Assembly (NCBI GenBank): GCA_003193925.1
Contig: PSPG01000001.1
Coordinates: 1 to 64,000 of the forward strand
Direction of reading: 5' to 3'
From: Candidatus Thalassarchaeum betae
GTDB lineage: Archaea > Thermoplasmatota > Poseidoniia > Poseidoniales > Thalassarchaeaceae
Length of the DNA: 64,000 nt
Part shown: positions 55,964-64,000 of the stretch, one piece after another
How the letters are laid out: the number at the start of each line of letters is the position of its first letter
Numbering within the stretch: the stretch's first letter is position 1
Position numbers and translations under genes: made by a program
Notes under the pieces: model-generated
Databases searched by the model: none
What the model saw: the letters and a program-made list of their open reading frames with translations, nothing else
Told to the model about the DNA's origin: nothing

Positions 55964-55975
55964 TCTTAAATAAGA
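55964..55975 (+). promoter_or_regulatory. Candidate TATA box in the divergent tfb/aconitase promoter
   Basis: TCTTAAATAAGA (near-palindromic) about 50 nt before the tfb ATG, which is preceded by an SD-like GGAGTGAGG. Confidence 0.45.
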
Positions 55976-56023
55976 TGGTCCGTCGGGATTCATTATCTTT
56001 GCTTGCAAAGGTGGAGTGAGGGA

Positions 56024-56950
56024 ATGGCAGATTATCTGGTTGAAGACACTGTGAAGTGCAGTGAGTGCGGAAGTAGGAGCCTGAACAGAGATGAGACCAG
56101 GGGCGAGGTCGTATGCGAGGATTGCGGCCTCGTGCTGGAAGACAACGTGATCGACCAAGGCGCCGAGTGGCGTGTGTTCAGCCCCGAGCAGGGAGACCAG
56201 CGCGCGCGTACAGGCGCGCCGATGACGGTGATGCTGCACGACAAGGGACTGTCTACCGACATCGACTGGCAGAACAAGGACTACTCCGGCAAGGCCATCT
56301 CGAGCAGATATCGGAGCCAGTTCTACCGAATGAGGAAGTGGCAGAAGCGCTCGCGTGTCAGTAACGCGACCGAGCGAAACCTAGCCATGGCTCTGGCCGA
56401 GCTAGACCGCATGGCCAGCCGTCTTGACCTTCCCAAGTCGATTCGCGAGGCGGCTGCTGTGAATTACAAGAAGGCCGTCGAGGCGAGGCTCATCCGTGGG
56501 CGCTCGATCGAGGGAGTGGCCGCTGCCAGCCTCTACGCTGCTTGCAGGCAGTGCAACAACCCCAGAACCCTAGACGAGATTGGCGAGGCCAGCAGGACCG
56601 GACGCAAGGAGATCGGTCGGACCTACCGATTCATGGTCCGTGAACTCAAGATGAAGATCCCGCCGACCAAGCCCGAGGACTACATACCCCGATTCTGCTC
56701 CGGCCTCCACTTGGACGCCGAAGTCCAGTCGAAGGCATACGAGCTGATTGCGGCCGCGCAGGAGAAGGAACTCACGAGCGGGCGCGGCCCCACTGGAATC
56801 GCAGCCTCGATCATCTACATCGCGAGCGTGCTGTGCGGTAAGCGCAGGACCCAGCGCGAGGTCGCCGAGGTCGCAGGTGTGACCGAGGTCACGATTCGCA
56901 ACCGATACAAGGAACTGATTCAGAACCTCAATATCGAACTCGAGATCTGA
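56024..56950 (+). CDS. tfb: Transcription initiation factor IIB
   Basis: CSECG...CEDCG zinc ribbon, EWRVF B-reader, two cyclin repeats, [13 protein letters not shown]. Confidence 0.97.
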   Translation: MADYLVEDTVKCSECGSRSLNRDETRGEVVCEDCGLVLEDNVIDQGAEWRVFSPEQGDQRARTGAPMTVMLHDKGLSTDIDWQNKDYSGKAISSRYRSQFYRMRKWQKRSRVSNATERNLAMALAELDRMASRLDLPKSIREAAAVNYKKAVEARLIRGRSIEGVAAASLYAACRQCNNPRTLDEIGEASRTGRKEIGRTYRFMVRELKMKIPPTKPEDYIPRFCSGLHLDAEVQSKAYELIAAAQEKELTSGRGPTGIAASIIYIASVLCGKRRTQREVAEVAGVTEVTIRNRYKELIQNLNIELEI

Positions 56951-56958
56951 GCCCCGAA

Positions 56959-59900
56959 TCAGGAGCATCCTGTGGTAGCGCCACAGGAGTTGCACCTCAG
57001 ACAGGTCCCGTTCCTAGTCATCTGGCTGCTGCCGCACTCGGTGCAGATATCTCCAGTGAAGCCACGCTCCCGAGCGGCTTGGCGCACCCGCGCCTCGAGA
57101 TCCTCCAGGGGAGCGACAGCGGCCTCCAGAGTCATCTGGAGATCGCGCTTCTCTCCTTGAGTGCGGCTGATGCCTTCTTCGGTGATGGCGGGCTTGCTAA
57201 TCGACGTCTTGTCCAGATCCTCCTCAGTGACATGAGCTAGGTCATCCCGATTGAGATAGTGAATCCCCAGTTCCCTGAAGATGTAGTCGACGATGCTAGT
57301 CGACATCTTGACCCGACCGCTCCCTCCGGTGACCATCCCACTGGGCTCGAACTTCTGGAACGTGAACGACTTCACGAAGGCGTCCAACGGCACCCCGTAC
57401 TGCAGGCCGATGGATACGGCTATGGCGAACTGGTTGAGCATCGAGCGCCAAGCCGCACCCTCTTTCGAGGTGGTGATCATGATCTCGCCTAAGCGACCGT
57501 CATCGTATGTGCTTGATGTCAGGTACACGGTGTGCCCGCCGACCCGAGCCTTCAGGCCTCGCTGTTCCTTCACATTAGGCAGTGGTCTCCTACTGGTGAT
57601 ATAATCCTGAACGAAGGACTCGGCCAGCGGCTTGGCTTCCTGCTCTGGCACAGGCAGCACCCTGACGGTCTCCTCAACCATCTTCTCTACCATCTCTTCC
57701 TCTTCGCGCTCCTCTGCGTACTCGGCCGTGTCCACGAGTTGGTTCATCAGCGGCTGTGACAACTTGGAGCAGTCGCGGTATACGGCGCACGCCTTGTTCA
57801 TCGTGGTGTGACTGAGGTTGTAGGCCTCTCTGATGTCATCCACGGTGGAGTCGGATGGCATGTTGATCGTCTTGGAGATAGCTCCTGAGATGAACGGTTG
57901 CGCCGCAGCCATCATCCTGACGTGAGCAGGCCAGTCGATCGACCTCTTGCCGTACTTGCCGCAGGGGGTGGCGCAGTCGAAGACCGCCAGATGTTCGTCC
58001 TTCAAACCGGGCGCGCCCTCTATCGTGCCGTAGCCGAAGATATGTTCGTCGGCTGCGTCTATCTCAGTCGTGGTGAAGCCAAGGTATCCGAGGGTATCGA
58101 AGAACGAGTCTTCGTACTGGGCCTTCGACATCCCGAGCGTCCCGGTGCAGAACTGATCGCTGAGGATCGAAGGGGAGAAGGCGGAGCGGATGTCGAACAC
58201 GTCGCTCATCTTCTTTTCAATCCCCCTAACCCGCGCGGCGGTGAAGCCGAGATCCTTCAGGCGTTCGGCGGAGAGAGTGGGGCAACCGCTCAAGCGACCG
58301 GTCCCCACGATGAACTCCTCGATCGCCTCGGTCTCGCTGTTTGAGTAGCCGAGCCGACGTAGGGCGTTCGAAACGCTTCTGTTGATGATCCTCAGAGAGC
58401 CGCCGCCGGCCAGAGTCTTGTACTGGACGAGGGAGAATGCCGGCTCCACGCCGGTGGTGTCCGCGCCCATAACGAGCCCGATGGTGCCGGTGGGCGCGAT
58501 GACCGTGGTCTGCGCGTTGCGGTAACCATGCTCCTCGCCGACCCGAACGGCACGGTCCCAAGAGCTCCGGGCCGCATCGAGTAGATCCTTCGGACACTTC
58601 TTGGCATTGATTCCCATTGGAGGCACGGTGAGTCCCTCATATTCCTCCGCCGGTGCGTCGTAAGCGGCACGCCGGTGGTTGCGCATCACTCTCAGCATGT
58701 GCTTGGAGTTCCTCTCGTAGTCGGGGAACGCCCCTAGGATGGAAGCCATTTCGGCGCTCGTGGCATATGCCTCGCCGCACATGATGGAGGTGATGGCCCC
58801 GCAGATGGCGTAGGCCCGCTCGTCGTCGTAAGGGATTCCCATGTGCATCAGCAGCGAGCCGATGTTGCAGTAGCCGAGACCCAAGGTGCGGTAATCGTAC
58901 GATTTGCGGGCTATTTCCTCCGAGGGGAACTGGGCCATCAGAACGCTGATCTCAAGGGTGGTCGTCCACAGTCGGACGCTGTGGCGGAAGTCTTCAATCT
59001 GGAAGGTCTGCGTGCCCAAGTCGTAGTAGTGGAGGAGGTTGATGCTGGCTAGGTTGCAGGCTGTGTCATCGAGGAACATGTACTCCGAACACGGGTTCGA
59101 ACCGTTGATCCGACCGCCTTCGGGACAGGTGTGCCACTCGTTGATGGTGGTGTCGAACTGGACTCCAGGGTCAGCGCATGCCCAAGCGGTGTAGGCGATT
59201 TTCTCCCACAGTCCCCCGGCATCCACGGTCTTACACGGCTTGGGCTCCCTGCCTCGCTTGGTGGCTTTGTCCAGCTCGGTCCGCCAGTACAGGTTCCAAT
59301 CACCGCCGCCCCTTACCGCTTCCATGAACTCGTTGGGAACGCGGACCGAGTTGTTGCTGTTCTGACCGGAGACAGTCATGTAGGCCTCGCCCTGCCAGTC
59401 GGTGTCGAAGGACTCGAAGTCAACCCCTTTCCAACCTTGTCTAGCAAGATCGACGATCCTCTGTATGTGGGGGGGTGGGACATCATCCTTGATGGCACTG
59501 AGCATGGCTCTGCGAAGCCCGAGGTTAGTCCGCTGGTCGAATCTGCCTTCGTCGTCGCCATACTCCCAGATGGCGTCCATTAGGGTGTTGGCGTTCTTCT
59601 GCAGGATGCTGCTGCCGATTACGAGGGCGGAGACCTTCTCCTCCTCGCTGTGCTTCCAGTCGATGTACTCCTCGATATCCGGGTGATCGAGGTCCAGCGT
59701 GACCATTTTGGCAGCACGCCTCGTCGTCCCTCCCGACTTGATTGCTCCGGCAGCCCGATCTCCTATCTTAAGGAACGAGAGCAGCCCGCTCGAACTGCCG
59801 CCACCAGACAGGGGCTCGCCGGCACCGCGAACCCTAGAGAAGTTCGATCCGGTGCCTGACCCATACTTGAAGAGCAGGGCCTCGCGGCTCCACAGTCCCA

Positions 59901-60600
59901 TGATGGAGTCGGAGCCGCCGACCAGTGAGTCCGATACCGACTGGATGAAGCAGGCGTGTGGCTGGGGGCGCTCGTAGGCATTAGCAGAGTACTCCAGCGC
60001 GTTGGTAGCCGGGTTCACGAAAGAGTGTCCTTGGGCCGGCCCCTCGATACCGTATGCCCAGTGCAGACCAGTGTTGAACCACTGGGGGCTGTTAGGTGCC
60101 GAACGCTGACTCGCAATCAGGTAGCACATCTCATCGAAGTAGGCGCGGGCGTCGGCCTCACTTGCGAAGTAGTCGTACTTCCAGCCCCAGTAGGTCCAGG
60201 TTCCTGCGAGGCGTCGGAAAAGTTGCCTCCCATCATTTTCTCCACTTGTTCTATCGTCCACGTCAAGTGTCTGAAGCTTCTCATGATCCGGGACACTTCG
60301 CTGGAGCCAGACGGGCACACCGTCCTCCGGGACCTTCCGGAGGGCCTTGGGAACGCCGGCCTTGCGCAGGTACTTCTGGGCGCATACCTTCCCCGCAACC
60401 CCGGTAAAGCCGGGAGGCAACCTCACACCCTCGATGGCATCGGCCATCGAACCGTCCGGGTTCCTAATCTCCACATCCATCTCAATCCAGTCGAAGGCCT
60501 CGAACGGATTGTCCCCGGCCGTGGTGAAGCGACGCTCGATGACCATCCCGATCTCGGCTTCGCCGGTTTCGAGGTCACCACTGATTCTGGTCTCCATCAT
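56959..60600 (-). CDS. nrdJ: Class II (adenosylcobalamin-dependent) ribonucleotide reductase
   Basis: PNSPQWFNTG, PHACFI, GGTTRRAAKM, SNPCSEY, ACNLAS, APTGTI, AISKTIN, C-terminal zinc ribbon. Confidence 0.95.
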   Translation of the reverse strand: MMETRISGDLETGEAEIGMVIERRFTTAGDNPFEAFDWIEMDVEIRNPDGSMADAIEGVRLPPGFTGVAGKVCAQKYLRKAGVPKALRKVPEDGVPVWLQRSVPDHEKLQTLDVDDRTSGENDGRQLFRRLAGTWTYWGWKYDYFASEADARAYFDEMCYLIASQRSAPNSPQWFNTGLHWAYGIEGPAQGHSFVNPATNALEYSANAYERPQPHACFIQSVSDSLVGGSDSIMGLWSREALLFKYGSGTGSNFSRVRGAGEPLSGGGSSSGLLSFLKIGDRAAGAIKSGGTTRRAAKMVTLDLDHPDIEEYIDWKHSEEEKVSALVIGSSILQKNANTLMDAIWEYGDDEGRFDQRTNLGLRRAMLSAIKDDVPPPHIQRIVDLARQGWKGVDFESFDTDWQGEAYMTVSGQNSNNSVRVPNEFMEAVRGGGDWNLYWRTELDKATKRGREPKPCKTVDAGGLWEKIAYTAWACADPGVQFDTTINEWHTCPEGGRINGSNPCSEYMFLDDTACNLASINLLHYYDLGTQTFQIEDFRHSVRLWTTTLEISVLMAQFPSEEIARKSYDYRTLGLGYCNIGSLLMHMGIPYDDERAYAICGAITSIMCGEAYATSAEMASILGAFPDYERNSKHMLRVMRNHRRAAYDAPAEEYEGLTVPPMGINAKKCPKDLLDAARSSWDRAVRVGEEHGYRNAQTTVIAPTGTIGLVMGADTTGVEPAFSLVQYKTLAGGGSLRIINRSVSNALRRLGYSNSETEAIEEFIVGTGRLSGCPTLSAERLKDLGFTAARVRGIEKKMSDVFDIRSAFSPSILSDQFCTGTLGMSKAQYEDSFFDTLGYLGFTTTEIDAADEHIFGYGTIEGAPGLKDEHLAVFDCATPCGKYGKRSIDWPAHVRMMAAAQPFISGAISKTINMPSDSTVDDIREAYNLSHTTMNKACAVYRDCSKLSQPLMNQLVDTAEYAEEREEEEMVEKMVEETVRVLPVPEQEAKPLAESFVQDYITSRRPLPNVKEQRGLKARVGGHTVYLTSSTYDDGRLGEIMITTSKEGAAWRSMLNQFAIAVSIGLQYGVPLDAFVKSFTFQKFEPSGMVTGGSGRVKMSTSIVDYIFRELGIHYLNRDDLAHVTEEDLDKTSISKPAITEEGISRTQGEKRDLQMTLEAAVAPLEDLEARVRQAARERGFTGDICTECGSSQMTRNGTCLRCNSCGATTGCS

Positions 60601-60772
60601 GCATCCTCTCCTTCGTGATTACCGGGTCGGTTAGGGCGTCCCTCGCGCAAGAGTCGCCCTTCCGAATGGGGGGTGTTTAATGATTGAGGAAGTGAACCCG
60701 TCGGAGGAAGACGATTACAGAAATTCTACTCGGGTTCCGCCGTTGGAGAATTCTTACATTATCGGAAATACG

Positions 60773-61162
60773 TCATGCTCTGATGTCGACTGACCAGTCC
60801 AGTGCAACTCCTGCACCAGTCATCATCGCACCGACGGAACAGTACTTCTCATGACTCTGCTCGATGAGTCGATTGACCAGTTTCTCCGGGACGTCTCCCT
60901 CGATGACATACTTCATACGGACAGCCGTGAAGACACGCGGATGCTCATCTGCTCGATCCGCCTCGAGCTCGACCCATGCGGAGCGCACGTTGTCCATCCT
61001 GTCCTTCAGGCCCGCAATCACGTCGATGAACGAGCAAGCACCATGTGAGATGAGCACCATCTGCATCGGGCCGGCGTGTGCTTCACTGTGTATACCGAAA
61101 CTCTTGCCAGCGATCTCACCTACCATTTCCTCGCCCGTAATCCAATGCACTGTCCCTTGCAT
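60773..61162 (-). CDS. OsmC/YhfA family protein
   Basis: PMQMVL...[20 protein letters not shown]. Confidence 0.88.
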   Translation of the reverse strand: MQGTVHWITGEEMVGEIAGKSFGIHSEAHAGPMQMVLISHGACSFIDVIAGLKDRMDNVRSAWVELEADRADEHPRVFTAVRMKYVIEGDVPEKLVNRLIEQSHEKYCSVGAMMTGAGVALDWSVDIRA

Positions 61163-61234
61163 GCTCTCGCACAATCGTCTCAGACCATGAGGGTTGGCTT
61201 CATGAAGGGGGGGTTGGTCGGCGCGCTGAGAGAC

Positions 61235-62464
<1,230 letters not shown>

Positions 62465-62473
62465 GTTGACCCC

Positions 62474-63823
62474 ATGGATTTCACTTCTCTCAACCTCTGT
62501 CAGCCCCTGCTGGATGCCCTTGACGAGATTGGTTACGTCTCGCCGACGCCGATTCAAGCCCAGGCCATCCCCTACCTCATTGAAGGCCGCGACATAATCG
62601 GTTGCGCCCAGACGGGCACAGGGAAGACCGCCGCATTCGCCCTACCAATCCTCGATGCGATGGCCAAAGATCCGTGGGTGGGCTCACGCCGCATCCGCGC
62701 TCTGATGCTGTGCCCAACACGCGAGCTTGCAACCCAGATTCACGACAATATCGAGCAATATGCTCGACACCTCGACATCCGTTCGATGGCTATGTTTGGC
62801 GGAGTATCGCAGCGCCCTCAGGAGAATATTCTGCGCCGCGGCGTTGACATCTTGGTCGCCACCCCCGGTCGCTTGCTTGACCTCATCTCACAGGGATACG
62901 TTGACCTGTCCTACGTGCAGTTCCTCGTTCTCGATGAGGCGGATCGCATGCTCGACATGGGTTTCATCCGAGACATCCGTAAAATTCTAGCACAAATTCC
63001 AAAGAACCGCCAGAGTCTGCTATTCAGTGCCACCATACCGCGCTCGATTGTCGATTTGTCCCGTGATATGCTCTATGATCCGGTAAGCGTCTCCATCACA
63101 CCCGAATCAGCCACCGTAGAGGCCATCGAACAATCTCTTATGTTCGTCATGAGGAGCGACAAGCGTGGCCTCTTGACTTACATTATCGAGGAGAAGCGAC
63201 CCGATAAGGTGCTTGTGTTCAGCCGCACCAAGCACGGTTGCAATCGCATCGTCAGACAACTTGGACAAGACGGTATCGAAGCCCTCCCAATCCACGGCAA
63301 CAAGAGTCAGGGCGCGCGTGAGAATGCCCTCCGCCGATTCCGCAATGGTACCCTCCAGGTACTAGTCGCCACCGACGTGGCGAGCCGCGGCATCGATGTC
63401 TCCGACATCAGTCACGTCATCAATCTGGATCTGCCTAACGAGCCCGAGGTCTATGTGCACCGCATCGGACGTACGGGACGTGCAGGCCAAGCGGGCATCA
63501 CCATTGCTTTCTGTGATGAGAACGAAGGCGAGTATCTGCGCGAAATCGAGAAGATGATTCGTCAGGACATCCCAGTCGATGAGGATCACCCTTTCCACTC
63601 CGAGAAGGCTCGGTCGCGCAAGGGCAACAAGGCGCCCAAGAAGCAGCAGAATCGGGGCCGCGGCCGTCACCAGCCTCGCAATGGCAAATCCGACGGCAAG
63701 CGCTCGAATGGCAAATCAAATCACCAGTCCAACGGTGGACGCAATGGCCGGCGTTCAGGCCGCGGCCGAAGCCGCAAGCAACGCAAGCAACGCAAGCAAC
63801 GCAAGCACCGGACCCGTTACTGA
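62474..63823 (+). CDS. DEAD-box RNA helicase (RhlE-like)
   Basis: PTPIQ, AQTGTGKT, PTRELA, DEAD, SAT, HRIGRTGRAG; basic disordered tail. Confidence 0.95.
   Translation: MDFTSLNLCQPLLDALDEIGYVSPTPIQAQAIPYLIEGRDIIGCAQTGTGKTAAFALPILDAMAKDPWVGSRRIRALMLCPTRELATQIHDNIEQYARHLDIRSMAMFGGVSQRPQENILRRGVDILVATPGRLLDLISQGYVDLSYVQFLVLDEADRMLDMGFIRDIRKILAQIPKNRQSLLFSATIPRSIVDLSRDMLYDPVSVSITPESATVEAIEQSLMFVMRSDKRGLLTYIIEEKRPDKVLVFSRTKHGCNRIVRQLGQDGIEALPIHGNKSQGARENALRRFRNGTLQVLVATDVASRGIDVSDISHVINLDLPNEPEVYVHRIGRTGRAGQAGITIAFCDENEGEYLREIEKMIRQDIPVDEDHPFHSEKARSRKGNKAPKKQQNRGRGRHQPRNGKSDGKRSNGKSNHQSNGGRNGRRSGRGRSRKQRKQRKQRKHRTRY
63773..63807 (+). repeat. Perfect 9-bp tandem repeat (CGCAAGCAA)x3 plus 8 nt, encoding RKQ
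   Basis: Read directly in the helicase tail. Confidence 0.9.
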
Positions 63824-64000
63824 GTTAGCACGTACGCAGCTACTACTACGACAGCAGCAATTACGGCGTACTTGATCATGTCCGCACTGCCCTCGCCCGA
63901 GCCTGAGCTCACACGGAGAACACTGTCATTGGGTCGGACCCTCTCAGGGACCTTGATTCCGATATCATCTCCGGCTCCGGCCGAAGTAACTTGTTCCCTT
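63817..64000 (-). CDS. 3' end of a small translation-factor-barrel-like protein with C-terminal TM anchor (partial)
   Basis: Manual translation: REQVTSAGAGDDIGIKVPERVRPNDSVLRVSSGSGEGSADMIKYAVIAAVVVVAAYVLTQ*. Confidence 0.6.
   Translation of the reverse strand, partial: REQVTSAGAGDDIGIKVPERVRPNDSVLRVSSGSGEGSADMIKYAVIAAVVVVAAYVLTQ

Noticed and set aside
56959-60600. Possible intein in the long NrdJ
   Set aside because: No C...HN/C splice junctions or LAGLIDADG motifs were seen; the length fits the large class II subtype.

Overview
A densely packed, GC-rich archaeal chromosomal segment. Gene content points to a euryarchaeote, most plausibly Marine Group II/Poseidoniales; this placement is inferred from gene content alone. 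Archaeal markers include TFB, topoisomerase VI A/B, ribosomal LX, prefoldin alpha, GGGP synthase, Dph5, split GuaAA and an RpoP-like protein. They sit beside bacterial-type UvrA, NADP-Icd, NrdJ and an RhlE-like helicase. The window holds about 55 CDSs and two tRNAs (Asp-GTC, Arg-CCT). I found no rRNA, CRISPR array, integrase or transposase. The most striking item is a ~1690-aa membrane-anchored surface protein built like an alpha-I integrin: signal peptide, seven propeller-blade repeats with a DxSxS vWA domain inserted inside blade 4, six Ig-like/CARDB modules, one TM helix and a short tail. Other items worth a look: an APS kinase fused to a small HxGH nucleotidyltransferase, a membrane-tethered pseudo-receiver, a poly-proline/zinc-ribbon protein, a double-zinc-ribbon RpoP, tandem Asp-box lipoproteins, and several apparently catalytically degenerate paralogues (SdhA-like, GGR-like, RFC-like). 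All calls come from manual motif reading, with no database searches run. Start codons were adjusted by eye and may be off.
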